This document shows, one piece after another, positions 17,653 through 27,208 of a stretch of DNA of 64,000 nucleotides. The notes below the pieces were generated by a model that had not been told where the DNA came from, searched no databases, and saw only the letters and a list, made by a program, of their open reading frames with translations. Location of the stretch: the IMG/VR virus record IMGVR_UViG_2974602345_000001, positions 77,332 to 141,331 of that record; one strand, given 5' to 3'. Position numbers and translations under genes: made by a program. Numbering within the stretch: position 1 is the first letter of the stretch; each line of letters opens with the position of its first letter. The DNA comes from a virus (lineage: Duplodnaviria > Heunggongvirae > Uroviricota > Caudoviricetes).

Positions 17653-17877
17653 ATGTACAAGGATGCAAATGAGTTCAGTCTGTACATCGAGAAGCTCAAG
17701 GTGGAACGTGAGTTTGACACCTACATGGAGACGATCATGTACTTCTACGAAAACGAGACCGACCATGAGATGGCCGACATCGCCAAGATGTTGAACCGCA
17801 AAATCATTGGTGAGCTTCAGCTTGAAGGTGAGGCTTCTGGTCTTCTCAAAGGCGCAGCGGGAGTGGTGCTCTTCTAA
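17653..17877 (+). CDS. Hypothetical protein (74 aa)
   Basis: A compact ORF inside the same-strand gene array. Confidence 0.4.
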   Translation: MYKDANEFSLYIEKLKVEREFDTYMETIMYFYENETDHEMADIAKMLNRKIIGELQLEGEASGLLKGAAGVVLF

Positions 17878-18227
17878 TGTACGGATCATGTGACTGGAAG
17901 CGTCGGATCGTAGCAGTTGATTACGACGACACTATCAGTCACAATGATACAGCCTGGCTCAGTGTTCTGCTTGCACTTGAGAACATTGGCTATCAGGTTA
18001 TCATTGTGACTTATCGCAAACCTGACTGCTGCCCAGAGGACTTGGACTTCCTGGTGAAGAAGGGCTATAAGGTGTACTACACCTCGCAGCTGGGCAAACG
18101 GATGTTCATGAAGGACTTCTATGGCATTGAGCCAGACATCTGGATTGATGACACGCCTGAGTCCATCCTGTTTGACTACAGCACCTACAAAGGTGAGTTC
18201 GATGTTGACAAGGAGCGCGTGAAATGA
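17877..18227 (+). CDS. HAD-like small hydrolase, possibly a 5'(3')-nucleotidase
   Basis: The N-terminal IVAVDYDDTIS resembles HAD motif I (DxDxT). A later IWIDDTPESIL resembles an Asp-pair motif. Confidence 0.35.
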   Translation: MYGSCDWKRRIVAVDYDDTISHNDTAWLSVLLALENIGYQVIIVTYRKPDCCPEDLDFLVKKGYKVYYTSQLGKRMFMKDFYGIEPDIWIDDTPESILFDYSTYKGEFDVDKERVK

Positions 18228-18442
18228 AATACCGATTGTTTCGAGTGCTAGGCAAGCAGGAGTGGCATGTCTTCACATCGACCGACAAGCGGGAGGTTGA
18301 AGCCTATGCTGAGAAGTATATCGCTCAAACTGGAAGTTTGTGGCTTGATGGTACTCGGTTTGAGATCAGGACCAATGAGGTGCTCGGGTTCATGGTCAAC
18401 GGTGAGCTGAAACCTAGGCCACCATTGGTGTTTGTGGTATGA
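18224..18442 (+). CDS. Hypothetical protein (72 aa)
   Basis: ATGA overlaps on both sides. Confidence 0.4.
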   Translation: MKYRLFRVLGKQEWHVFTSTDKREVEAYAEKYIAQTGSLWLDGTRFEIRTNEVLGFMVNGELKPRPPLVFVV

Positions 18443-19080
18443 AGGGCCTCGAGGTCTACAAGACCCACCTAGGCATGGCGCTCCACTTCAATCACAAGGT
18501 TGCGTATGACGGCTGGCAATACAACTTCGCGGGCCGAGTAACGCCAGAGAAGTTCGAAGCTGACACGCGCCTGAAGTATATGTGTGCAAAGCTTGAGAAC
18601 GACTTCCCTACAAAGGTAGACCAGATCAAGCTGATGTACCCTGCCTGGTCTTTGCTGAAGTATGTGAAGAACTGCAATGCAGGGATCCTTCGGCGACACT
18701 ACAATGCGTTCATGAAAGAGATGGACGATGTGGTGCCCTACTATTCACGCAACTTAGACCACATGATTGAACATCAAGAGGTCAAAGACGTGAACTGCTT
18801 ACTGCGGTGTGACAGCTTGCTGCCTAACATCTGTCAGTGGCAAATCAACGGCCGCGTACCACGTGAGTTCGTTATCCTGTTGTCTCTGGTGATCCCAGAG
18901 CTACTAAATAGCTGTGTGTCAAAGGAGCCGATGGTCTTTGATAACTGGAAGTCTAAAATATTGTTCGACAAGAAGTTCTGGTCGCTGTATCTTAGCCAAC
19001 CTGTTTTGAAAGAGCTCCTAGGCATCACAGTAGCAAAATTTCAAAGCATATCGAAAACTGGCAACAAAACTTCAAACTAA
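18439..19080 (+). CDS. 59: Helicase loader gp59-like
   Basis: VYKTHLGMALHFNHKVAYDGWQYNFAGRVT matches T4 gp59 VYKLYLMIKQHMNGKYDVIKYNWCMRVS. The gene lies immediately upstream of gene 32, as in T4. Confidence 0.55.
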   Translation: MKGLEVYKTHLGMALHFNHKVAYDGWQYNFAGRVTPEKFEADTRLKYMCAKLENDFPTKVDQIKLMYPAWSLLKYVKNCNAGILRRHYNAFMKEMDDVVPYYSRNLDHMIEHQEVKDVNCLLRCDSLLPNICQWQINGRVPREFVILLSLVIPELLNSCVSKEPMVFDNWKSKILFDKKFWSLYLSQPVLKELLGITVAKFQSISKTGNKTSN

Positions 19081-19095
19081 AGAGAGAAAACATAC

Positions 19096-20079
19096 ATGGT
19101 CGATTTCGCATCGCTTCGCAAAAACCGCGGTTCCACTCTGTCCAAGCTGACCGAGAAGCTCGAAACCCTGAACAAGGGCTCTGGCAACCAGAAGGACGCC
19201 CGCATCTACAAGCCTGGCTTCGACAAGAAAGAGGGCAAGGGCTATGCCGTTGTTCGCTTCCTGACTCCGAAGGAAGGTGAGGCGTTCGTTCGCGTCTACC
19301 ACCACGGCTTCAACGGCGCCGGCGGCTGGTACATCGAAAACAGTCGTTCCACCATTGGTGAGGACGATCCGGTAGGCATCTCCAACACCCTGTACTGGAA
19401 GAAAGGCGAAAACGAGGGCAACGAAGCCTTCAAAAACATCGCCCGCGCTCGCAAGCGCAACACCAAGTACTATGCCTGGGTCCTGGTGATCAAAGACACC
19501 ATCAACCCTGAGCACAACGGCAAGGTGATGATCTACGAGTTCGGCCAGCAGATCTTCGGCAAGATCGAGAAAGCTGCCAAGCCAGAGTTCGAAGACGACC
19601 AGCCAATGGATCCGTTCGACCTGTGGTCCGGCGCAGACTTCAAGATCAAGATCGTCGGTAAGGAGATCCCGGATCAGCGCAAAGGTGGCAAGACCATCGT
19701 TCCGAACTACGAGAACAGCGAGTTCGATCGCCCGTCCGAACTGTTCGAAGGCGATGACGCCAAGAAAGAAGAACTGTTCAACCAGACCACCAACCTGGCT
19801 GAGTTCACTGTCTGCAAGTCGTTCGACGAGCTGGCAGAGCGCTTCAAGAAGGTGACTGGTGAGGCTTACAACAAGCTAGAAGGTGGTGACCCTGCCGAAG
19901 CTGTTGTTGAGCGCCTGGAGAAACAGGCCAGCCTGGATGCTTCCGTCGACCACGGCAGCTCGGGTCCTTCCTCGCCTGCATCGGTTGATGCTCAGCCTGA
20001 GTCTGCTCCAGCAGCTGACAACGGCGGTGAAGAAGAAGACGTCCTGGCTATGTTCCAGCGTCTGGCAAACGGGCAGTAA
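19096..20079 (+). CDS. 32: Single-stranded DNA-binding protein gp32
   Basis: GYAVVRFLTPKEGEA...YHHGFNGAGGWYIENS and YYAWVLVIKDTINPEHNGKVMIYEFGQQIFGKI align with T4 gp32. The acidic C-terminal tail is present. Confidence 0.9.
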   Translation: MVDFASLRKNRGSTLSKLTEKLETLNKGSGNQKDARIYKPGFDKKEGKGYAVVRFLTPKEGEAFVRVYHHGFNGAGGWYIENSRSTIGEDDPVGISNTLYWKKGENEGNEAFKNIARARKRNTKYYAWVLVIKDTINPEHNGKVMIYEFGQQIFGKIEKAAKPEFEDDQPMDPFDLWSGADFKIKIVGKEIPDQRKGGKTIVPNYENSEFDRPSELFEGDDAKKEELFNQTTNLAEFTVCKSFDELAERFKKVTGEAYNKLEGGDPAEAVVERLEKQASLDASVDHGSSGPSSPASVDAQPESAPAADNGGEEEDVLAMFQRLANGQ

Positions 20080-20097
20080 TCACTGCTCGATGTCTAA

Positions 20098-20128
20098 CGA
20101 AAAGGGCCTCATAAGGGCCCTTTTTGCT
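20098..20128 (+). terminator. Intrinsic terminator (AAAGGGCC-TCATAAG-GGCCCTTTTT)
   Basis: An 8-bp stem plus T-run right after gene 32. Confidence 0.6.
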
Positions 20129-20142
20129 GTGAGAGGTACATC

Positions 20143-20673
20143 ATGATAAAGCACCTGCTGTCTCGGCACTACGATCCATCACGCTACAAGCATCAGACCA
20201 TCGACGAGTTCAATCGAATCCTTACTGTTGACCTGCACAACCTGTCAGGGCGTATGGTAGGCTTTCAACAGTACCGCCCTGACGTGACTGATAAGAGCAT
20301 CGACAATGACCCAATGCGAGGTCGCTACTGCACTATCGCTCCACGTGATACCACAGCAGTTTGGGGACTGGAAACACTCAGCTATAGTAAGCGAGACCTG
20401 TACGTGGTTGAGGGTATCTTCAAAGCCAGCACGCTTCATATGCTTGGCCACAACGCAATCGCTGTGTTGACCTGCAATCCTCTGAAGATGCAGTCCTGGC
20501 TGTGGATCCTCCGTCAGCAGTTCAACGTCATCGGGATCGGTGACAATGACAAGGCTGGCCTCAAGCTCGTTCAGCTTGTAGGCGGGTTCCAGTGTGACGA
20601 TCTCGACGAGATGCCCTTGGAAGCGGCCTACCAACTGGTAAGGCTAAAAACTTTTGGCTTTTCACTAAAATAA
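20143..20673 (+). CDS. Toprim-domain protein (small, DnaG-like core)
   Basis: A conserved glutamate (VVEGIFKA) is followed by a DxD motif (IGIGDNDKAGL), the spacing typical of a Toprim fold. Confidence 0.4.
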   Translation: MIKHLLSRHYDPSRYKHQTIDEFNRILTVDLHNLSGRMVGFQQYRPDVTDKSIDNDPMRGRYCTIAPRDTTAVWGLETLSYSKRDLYVVEGIFKASTLHMLGHNAIAVLTCNPLKMQSWLWILRQQFNVIGIGDNDKAGLKLVQLVGGFQCDDLDEMPLEAAYQLVRLKTFGFSLK

Positions 20674-20676
20674 TGC

Positions 20677-20705
20677 TTTACATGATAAGCCAACACCACT
20701 AATAT
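20677..20705 (+). promoter_or_regulatory. Sigma70-like promoter: TTTACA, 17-nt spacer, TAATAT
   Basis: It lies 48 nt upstream of the ATG at 20754. The upstream TGCTTTA also resembles a T4 MotA box, although the spacing to the -10 element is longer than in T4 middle promoters. Confidence 0.35.
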
Positions 20706-20753
20706 ACACACATAGGCAGTAAACAACACCACACAGTGAAGAAGGACTACATC

Positions 20754-21248
20754 ATGAACGCCGCCAAACAAATCATCGAAGCACTCAACGTCGTTTTCGC
20801 TGACATGGACGCCAAGGTCCTTGAAAGCTCGAAGGAATGGGCACTGGGTCGCGTCAAAGCAGTTAGCGAGTTCAAAGCCAGCGACGAGTACAAAGAGCTT
20901 CGCAAGCGTGGTGTCGAAGCTGCTTACGAGCGTATGTTTGCCATCGCCGGTGGCAAGACCTGGTACAACGCCTTCTACGGCCGCAGCACCGCTGACGTCC
21001 TAGAGATCATGGCCAAAAACTGCGCCCGCACTGTTGCCAGCCGCAACGCTTCGATCGCAGCCAAGCTGGAAAAGGCAGGCGTCACTGAAGTAACTGACTC
21101 CAGCTTCAGCCACACCAGCGATGGCTTCAACGGCGTCTTCAAGGTCACCACTGACAAAGGTCCAAAAACTGTCACTGTCGACACCATCTACGCTGGCGGT
21201 TATAACATCCAGTGCCTGCACCTGCGCGTACTGGTCAAAGTCAAGTAA
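20754..21248 (+). CDS. Hypothetical protein (164 aa)
   Basis: An internal ATG with a GAAGGA ribosome-binding site 7 nt upstream. Confidence 0.45.
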   Translation: MNAAKQIIEALNVVFADMDAKVLESSKEWALGRVKAVSEFKASDEYKELRKRGVEAAYERMFAIAGGKTWYNAFYGRSTADVLEIMAKNCARTVASRNASIAAKLEKAGVTEVTDSSFSHTSDGFNGVFKVTTDKGPKTVTVDTIYAGGYNIQCLHLRVLVKVK

Positions 21249-21259
21249 TCAACCTGAAA

Positions 21260-21275
21260 GGGGCCTTCGGGCCCC
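21260..21275 (+). other. GC hairpin (GGGGCC-TTCG-GGCCCC) with no U-run
   Basis: A perfect 6-bp stem with a tetraloop in the intergenic spacer. Confidence 0.4.
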
Positions 21276-21296
21276 ACTGTGAAGAGGTAATACACC

Positions 21297-21620
21297 ATGT
21301 CGCATCACTATTACGCAGCAACCGCCTATGGCTGGGCTGTAGGTAGCACTCGTGAACAAGCTCTCCAGCGTGCAGCCTACGACATCGGCAGCGATCTCAT
21401 CAAGCGCCATAAGCCAGCGGGTGGTGTGTCGGCTACTGTGTGCCGCGTTGAACTGCCTGAAGCTGCGCACTACTCCATCAACGAGTACCTGCCCAGCAAG
21501 ATCCAGAAAGAGGACGGCGTGAACGAAACCCGCAAGGGCGAAAAGGTGCCGCTGTCTGAGATCGAGTACGTCCGTATCGTGAACGTCAAGGGCGGCACTG
21601 TACCACGCACTGTCGAATAA
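21297..21620 (+). CDS. Hypothetical protein (107 aa)
   Basis: ORF with an AGAGG ribosome-binding site. Confidence 0.45.
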   Translation: MSHHYYAATAYGWAVGSTREQALQRAAYDIGSDLIKRHKPAGGVSATVCRVELPEAAHYSINEYLPSKIQKEDGVNETRKGEKVPLSEIEYVRIVNVKGGTVPRTVE

Positions 21621-21627
21621 CCACAGC

Positions 21628-21643
21628 GGGGCCTAAGGGCCCC
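21628..21643 (+). other. GC hairpin (GGGGCC-TAAG-GGCCCC) with no U-run
   Basis: Nearly identical to the hairpin at 21260-21275. The GGGGCC element recurs. Confidence 0.4.
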
Positions 21644-21660
21644 AACTTCAAGGAAAGATT

Positions 21661-21993
21661 ATGCTCACTATCAAATACGATGCAGTCAACGGCGTTGCTG
21701 TACCGGACGGCCAAGCTGAACAGTATGCGCGCGAAGTCGTCACGCTGCACAACTCGTCGCCACGTGATGAAACTGTCACTGTGAGCAACGGCCTTGTGGT
21801 TGACGCCTTCCGCCTGATGGTTTCGCGGAAGGTCATCCACCACACCGAAATCCAGTTCATGTACAACGATCAAGTCATCGCTGTCGACGAACGTGCTCAT
21901 CTGAAGCTGTGGCCAGTCGGCTTCTGTGACTACTTCCGCAGCTTCGTTGTCGAGATCATGCGCACCAAGCGCGATAAGGATAAGCCATGCTAA
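21661..21993 (+). CDS. Hypothetical protein, paralog A of a tandem pair (110 aa)
   Basis: MLTIKYDAVNGVAVPDGQAEQYA...WPVGFCDY is clearly related to the next ORF. Confidence 0.45.
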   Translation: MLTIKYDAVNGVAVPDGQAEQYAREVVTLHNSSPRDETVTVSNGLVVDAFRLMVSRKVIHHTEIQFMYNDQVIAVDERAHLKLWPVGFCDYFRSFVVEIMRTKRDKDKPC

Positions 21994-22286
21994 CTGTAGT
22001 CTATGACCCAATCAACGGCACTGCTGTCACTGACGGTAATGCTGAGGCGTTCGCTGCCAACGTGCTCAAGTCAGGCTTGGAGCAGGTCACCGTCGGCAAC
22101 ACCATCATGATTGATATGTTCCGCGTGCTGGTCGTGCGCGGTACTATCAAACACACTGACCTCAAGTTCAAATACGGCGACGTCGTTTTGAGTGTTCATG
22201 AGAATGGGCGGCTGCCTGTTTGGCCTCAAGGGTTCTGCGACACGCCAGAAGGTTTGTTACTTGAACTGCTTGACGCAGTTGACTAA
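21987..22286 (+). CDS. Hypothetical protein, paralog B of a tandem pair (99 aa)
   Basis: MLTVVYDPINGTAVTDGNAEAFA...WPQGFCDT. It overlaps paralog A by 7 nt. Confidence 0.45.
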   Translation: MLTVVYDPINGTAVTDGNAEAFAANVLKSGLEQVTVGNTIMIDMFRVLVVRGTIKHTDLKFKYGDVVLSVHENGRLPVWPQGFCDTPEGLLLELLDAVD

Positions 22287-22287
22287 A

Positions 22288-22316
22288 ACAAAAGGGCCTA
22301 TCAAGGCCCTTTTTGC
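22288..22316. terminator. Bidirectional intrinsic terminator (AAAGGGCC-TATCAA-GGCCCTTTTT)
   Basis: A-rich on the 5' side and T-rich on the 3' side. It sits between convergent genes. The 23-nt core is identical to the terminator after gp29 at 26974-27000. Confidence 0.6.
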
Positions 22317-22322
22317 TGACTT

Positions 22323-22970
22323 TCATTTCTTCAGCTTGTACGCATCGGCATTGGTGCCCTTCTGGAAGCGGGCCAGCGGCAGGAACAAGGCGAGCTCCCA
22401 AGCCATAGGAGGAACCTCGACGAACACAGACTTCAGATGGTCCATACGATACGAGTGGATGGAGTGTTTGAACAGGTCAGACTCGCTCATGGCTTTGAGC
22501 ATCGACCACTCCAGTTCAAGCCGTGTGCTCTTGCGGTAGCGTTTCTCTGTGCGCAGCTTCAGCAGGGCTTTGAATGCCGCCATACGCATGACGGGTGACA
22601 GGTAGTGAAGGTTGAGCCCTACCAGGATTGTCATACCGTCCTTTGCTACATACGAGCTGATAGGGAAGATCAGTGGGTATCGGTCCCACAGCGGCAGCTT
22701 GTCACGGTGCTTGGCCAAGTACTCGAAGAAATACATCTTACCAGGCACTGGCGTCTTGGTCCACAGGTTGCGGTCGCGGAACATCGAGCCAGTACCGAGC
22801 TTGTTGTAGGCTCGACCCACATAGGAGCGGAACCATTCAAGAGATGCATTGATGTTGCGCTTTGCGGATGCAGGGTTGTTTCGGTAGAACGCCTTTTCGA
22901 TGTTCTTGAGGATTTCAAGCTCAGTGCCCGTCGTGTTGACGTAGCCATCATCCTTCTTTGGGGTAGCCAT
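22323..22970 (-). CDS. Hypothetical protein (215 aa), possibly baseplate or tail assembly related
   Basis: A long ORF with consistent codon use. It is divergent from the gp54-like gene, and CTTAAATAC late-promoter-like motifs lie in the shared upstream region. Confidence 0.45.
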   Translation of the reverse strand: MATPKKDDGYVNTTGTELEILKNIEKAFYRNNPASAKRNINASLEWFRSYVGRAYNKLGTGSMFRDRNLWTKTPVPGKMYFFEYLAKHRDKLPLWDRYPLIFPISSYVAKDGMTILVGLNLHYLSPVMRMAAFKALLKLRTEKRYRKSTRLELEWSMLKAMSESDLFKHSIHSYRMDHLKSVFVEVPPMAWELALFLPLARFQKGTNADAYKLKK

Positions 22971-23026
22971 TATCTCAGCTCTCAGCTAAATACCAGTATA
23001 TCTGTATTTAAGATGAGACAATTCTC

Positions 23027-23995
23027 ATGGCAACGTTCAAGGAATACACATCAAACATCATGCAGAACGGGTTGGCTCGAACCAACCGGTTCCAGGTGCT
23101 GATCCCTGTGCCAACCATCCCTGGGATGACATCAGCCGCTGAAGACGATGCTGACTCAGGCGATAGTGACTCGATCTTCAACAAAGCCAAAGGGTACATC
23201 AACGAAGCGATGAAGGTCATCCGCATCTTCACAGGTGGCGGTACGGCTGAATACACCCGTGGGCTTGACTTGATGTGCTCGCAGACTGAGCTTCCAGGTA
23301 AGACGATCAACACCAGCGAAACCAAGTACAACGGCGACGTTCACAAGATTGGTAACTCGCTGATGTACGGCAACCATCAGTTTGTGTTCAAGGTCTCTCG
23401 TGACATGTACGAGAAGACGATCATCGACCAGTGGATGAACATGGTTGTTGACCCCGAGACTCACGAGATCGCATACCTGGACACCTACGCAGTCAGCGTC
23501 AACATCTTCCAGCTTGACGAGAGCGATCAAATAGTCCACGCCATTGAACTGGTCGATGCTTTCCCTGTGATGGCGAACCCGTTGACCCTGTCAAACAGCG
23601 AGCACAACAACACGCACGAGTTGATGGTTCAGTTCGCTTATCGCAAATGGCGCAACATCGACCTCCAGGGCAAAGAGGGCAATGGCCTTGACAGCTTGAT
23701 GGACACACCGCTGGGCCCATACCTTTCACCCATTCTGGGCAACCCTGTGGTACAGCGTGGTCTTGAATATGTGAAGAACGCAACGGGCATTGACCTTGAA
23801 GGCGAAGCGGTCAACATCTACAACCAGATCGACGACATTGTGAAAAACACCACAGGTACCTCTGTCAACAAAAGCGTGGGTCTCCTTAATCAGATCAAGG
23901 CGTCGCTGGATGTCAACGACCTGCTTACTCGACCTCAGCAGGAAGGACTGTTTGACCTTGTTGAAGGCACTATAAACAAGCTCAAACCCGATTAA
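23027..23995 (+). CDS. Tail-tube family protein, baseplate tube initiator or cap (gp54/gp48-like)
   Basis: The N-terminal NRFQVLIPVP matches the gp19/gp54 tail-tube signature (RPNLFQVEI). The length of 322 aa is close to T4 gp54. Confidence 0.55.
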   Translation: MATFKEYTSNIMQNGLARTNRFQVLIPVPTIPGMTSAAEDDADSGDSDSIFNKAKGYINEAMKVIRIFTGGGTAEYTRGLDLMCSQTELPGKTINTSETKYNGDVHKIGNSLMYGNHQFVFKVSRDMYEKTIIDQWMNMVVDPETHEIAYLDTYAVSVNIFQLDESDQIVHAIELVDAFPVMANPLTLSNSEHNNTHELMVQFAYRKWRNIDLQGKEGNGLDSLMDTPLGPYLSPILGNPVVQRGLEYVKNATGIDLEGEAVNIYNQIDDIVKNTTGTSVNKSVGLLNQIKASLDVNDLLTRPQQEGLFDLVEGTINKLKPD

Positions 23996-24012
23996 CTCAA
24001 AGGTAGTCATCA

Positions 24013-24726
24013 ATGGCACTTCCCAAGCTCAAGCACACACTGTACAGCCACACCCTGACAGGTCTGGGCAAAGAGATCAAGTTCCGCCCGTTCACCAACC
24101 AGGAACAGAAAACCCTGCTCCTGGCGAAAGACAGTCAAGAGTCACCTGATGCTCAGAAGGTGATGCTCGAAGCTGTTCAACAGATCATCCATAACTGCAC
24201 CCTGGGTAAGGTTGATGGATCCACACTGTCAACGTTCGACCTTGAAGACCTGTTCTTGCGCATCCGCGCCAAATCGGTAGGCGAGGTTATCAACGTCAAG
24301 TACCGCTATGACTTCAAGGACGCAGAAGACCGTCCTGTGAGCAAGTTCATCCATGCCAGCGTCAACATCGATGATGTCAAGGTCAAGCTCGACCCAGAGC
24401 ACGAAAAGCAGTTCATGCTCACAGACGAAGTGGGTGTGGTGATGCGCTATCCGACGTTCTCCTTGATCGAAACGATGAAGGATGAGTCCGATCTGCCTAT
24501 GGCGTGTATCGAAAGCGTGTTCACTACTGATGAGGTATTCAGTACTGCATCCATCACTCGTGAAGAACTGGTCGAGTTCTACAACGACATCGACACCGCC
24601 GGTATGCTCAAGATCAAGAAGTTCTTTGACACCATGCCCAAGCTGGAACACAGCATTGAGCTTGACCTGGGCGATGGCAAGAAAGAAACTGTCACCTTCA
24701 AAGGGCTCCAGGATTTTTTTCACTAG
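24013..24726 (+). CDS. Hypothetical structural protein (237 aa). It sits between the gp54-like gene and the tape measure, so it may be a baseplate hub or tail assembly protein.
   Basis: Gene position only. No motif was recognised. Confidence 0.4.
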   Translation: MALPKLKHTLYSHTLTGLGKEIKFRPFTNQEQKTLLLAKDSQESPDAQKVMLEAVQQIIHNCTLGKVDGSTLSTFDLEDLFLRIRAKSVGEVINVKYRYDFKDAEDRPVSKFIHASVNIDDVKVKLDPEHEKQFMLTDEVGVVMRYPTFSLIETMKDESDLPMACIESVFTTDEVFSTASITREELVEFYNDIDTAGMLKIKKFFDTMPKLEHSIELDLGDGKKETVTFKGLQDFFH

Positions 24727-24983
24727 CCCTGGCGCATGAGAGCATGGAGAGTTATTACACCAATAACTTTCACGTGCTCTTCCATAAGGACATCGGGTTC
24801 GCAAACCACTTCACGTTAGGCGACCTCGACGGTATGCTGCCATACGAACGTGAGATCTACATGATGTTAATGAACCAGAAGCTTGAAGCGGCTGCGAAAA
24901 CATCGTCAAGTAGCTGATGGAGTAGACGTGGTAAGTGCTTAAATAGTACCTATCACGTCTACATAAGTCAGGACACCTACAGC

Positions 24984-26972
24984 ATGTCATTCCAAAATAT
25001 CCTTCTCAATGTGCGGTCGATGCGTCGTAGCATCAACATCCGCAATGAGTCTGACCCTGACAAGGTTGCTGACATCCTCGAGCAACTCGTCAAGGAGTCC
25101 ATCCATCTCCAAAACGCAGGTGACAAGGGCTTCCAGAAGAAGTCCATGCAGGAACTCAAGCAGATCCGTCGTGACCTGCTGAGTGGCCAAATCAACGCAG
25201 GTGCCAAGACATCACAGATGAGTGCTGTGTACAGCAGTGTTATCGATGCACTCGACAACATGGAGAAGAAGGCTGCCTCACAGTTTGACGCCTACGACAA
25301 GACTGCCAGTTCACTGCGCAAGTCAATGCCTTCCACTGACTCACTGATCTCGGCTCTGATGACTGCTAACCCTATCATGGGCTACGGCGCCAAGATGGTC
25401 CGTGACCTCGCTCGGTCGAGTGATGAACGTCGCAAGCAGCAGAAAGCCGAAGCCATGAAGCGACTGGCCATCCTGAAGGAACAGGAGGCGTTTCTGGTTG
25501 AGCAGTTCAAGCAGCAGGAAGAACAAGAAAAGGTAATCGACGACCAAAAGAAGCAAGCCGAAAAAGAAAAGAACCCCAACAAAGCTCGCCGGGGCATTTA
25601 CGACGCAGTCCTGACCGAAATTCGTGATGAAATTCGCAAGCTGGAATCGTACTGGGCGCCAAGTGACGCATCACGAGTAGATGCTGCCAATGATCCCAAG
25701 TTCGAACAGAACGCTGAGGTAGTTGACCAGCTTGAAGGTGTCACGGAAGCTATCACTGAGCTGACACGACAGTCAGTTGAGAATACCGAAGACCTCATCC
25801 GCGCTGAAGAGGAGTTGGAAGACCGTCGAGATCGTGACGACAAACTCGAGCGCATGAAGGACTCGTCTACCAATGGCGATCCTGTTCCGCTGCTGGATCA
25901 GGTGAAGTCAAAAGGTAAGACTGACCCTGACAAAGAGGGCGGACTGTTCAGCGGCATCATGGGCGGCGCATTGCGTGCGTTGTCTGGAGTTGTGCTTGGC
26001 GTTGTAGGCGGCTTCTCAGGCATTCTCGCGGCGTTTGCAGCGGGTGGCATACTGTCCACAATGCTGAAGCCGTTCAGTGCCGTAGTGAAGTTCATTGGCG
26101 GTATCGGTCGCCTTGCATTGAACCTGGGCACCAAGGTCCTGTTGCCGGTAGCAGTTATCAAGTCCATCTACGACTTTTTTGATGCGTTCTTCAACGCCGA
26201 TCAGTTCCTCAACAAAGAGGATTCGAAGATCAGTATCAAGGAACGCATCAGCCTGGGCTTTGCTAATGTGATTGCCCAGCTGACAGAGATGATCGACTAT
26301 GTCCTGAACTTGTTTGGGATTGACGTCATCGACACAGACGGGCTGACTGTGAAGATCCATGAGTTCTTCATGGGCTTCCCGAAAATGGTAACTGATATGA
26401 TTGAGTGGCTGAAAACCACAACGGTCGATATCTACAACAGCGCAATTGATGCAGTCACGGAGAAGTACAAAGACATCAAGACGAGTGTCGTTGACTCGTT
26501 CACGAAAATCGTAGATGATGCTTTTGCCATCTTCAGCGAGTTGAAGGATACCTTTACCACAGTCATCACATCGATCGAAAACAAGCTGAGCGAGTGGAAG
26601 CGTTCGCTGTCGAACGTCCCAGGCATCGGTAAGCTGTTCAAGACTGATGATGAAAACAAGATCCAGATTGACGAAGCGGCAATGGCCAAGGCGTCTGCTG
26701 ATCTGAAAGAGATGACAAGCTCAACCAACCTGCTGCGCTTGAATGAAGGTGTTGCAACGATGGTTCCGCTTGAGAGTCAGTCGACTGCAGCATCACAAGG
26801 GATTCAGCGCACAGAGCAGCGTGCATCTGCTCCAACCCAGATCCCTATGGTAATGAACGCTCCTAAGACCACTGTCAACAACATCAACCAGGGTGGTGGA
26901 CATCAGAGCACCAACACGGGCAACCCGCACGCTAAATTCCGGCGCGTAGCAGACTCAGGGTACGCCAGGTAA
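24984..26972 (+). CDS. 29: Tail length tape measure / baseplate hub protein, gp29-like
   Basis: A 662-aa protein with a long coiled-coil N-terminal half, a glycine-rich hydrophobic segment (GIMGGALRALSGVVLGVVGGFSGILAAFAAGGIL), and a CTTAAATAG late-promoter-like motif upstream. Confidence 0.6.
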   Translation: MSFQNILLNVRSMRRSINIRNESDPDKVADILEQLVKESIHLQNAGDKGFQKKSMQELKQIRRDLLSGQINAGAKTSQMSAVYSSVIDALDNMEKKAASQFDAYDKTASSLRKSMPSTDSLISALMTANPIMGYGAKMVRDLARSSDERRKQQKAEAMKRLAILKEQEAFLVEQFKQQEEQEKVIDDQKKQAEKEKNPNKARRGIYDAVLTEIRDEIRKLESYWAPSDASRVDAANDPKFEQNAEVVDQLEGVTEAITELTRQSVENTEDLIRAEEELEDRRDRDDKLERMKDSSTNGDPVPLLDQVKSKGKTDPDKEGGLFSGIMGGALRALSGVVLGVVGGFSGILAAFAAGGILSTMLKPFSAVVKFIGGIGRLALNLGTKVLLPVAVIKSIYDFFDAFFNADQFLNKEDSKISIKERISLGFANVIAQLTEMIDYVLNLFGIDVIDTDGLTVKIHEFFMGFPKMVTDMIEWLKTTTVDIYNSAIDAVTEKYKDIKTSVVDSFTKIVDDAFAIFSELKDTFTTVITSIENKLSEWKRSLSNVPGIGKLFKTDDENKIQIDEAAMAKASADLKEMTSSTNLLRLNEGVATMVPLESQSTAASQGIQRTEQRASAPTQIPMVMNAPKTTVNNINQGGGHQSTNTGNPHAKFRRVADSGYAR

Positions 26973-26973
26973 A

Positions 26974-27000
26974 CAAAAGGGCCTATCAAGGCCCTTTTGT
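26974..27000. terminator. Bidirectional intrinsic terminator (AAAGGGCC-TATCAA-GGCCCTTTTG)
   Basis: Identical in sequence to the element at 22288-22316. It sits between convergent genes. Confidence 0.6.
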
Positions 27001-27004
27001 TTGA

Positions 27005-27208
27005 CTACATTTCGTGGAGTGGCGTGGTGCTGATTGCTAAGTGGACACCTACTACCATGACGACTGTCATTGCGATGCTTGCCGCCATCATCAACCCATA
27101 ATGGTTCTTGATGCGAACATTGGTCGCCCTGTACCAGTCAACCGAAATGCAGATCAGGTTGAGCACGTTGGCGATGAGGATTGCCATTCCGACTATGATA
27201 TTGATCAT
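27005..27208 (-). CDS. Small membrane protein (67 aa)
   Basis: Two hydrophobic segments. ATGA overlap with the upstream gene. Confidence 0.4.
   Translation of the reverse strand: MINIIVGMAILIANVLNLICISVDWYRATNVRIKNHYGLMMAASIAMTVVMVVGVHLAISTTPLHEM

Noticed and set aside
20677-20683. A MotA-box-like TGCTTTA read as a T4 middle promoter
   Set aside because: The spacing to the downstream TAATAT (19 nt from the box end) is longer than in T4 middle promoters (about 14 nt). It is kept only as a sigma70-like promoter.
24744-24917. A 57-aa ORF between the 24013 gene and gp29
   Set aside because: The only purine-rich stretch (GAGAG) is 1 nt from the ATG, too close to serve as a Shine-Dalgarno. No other support. 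Left unannotated.
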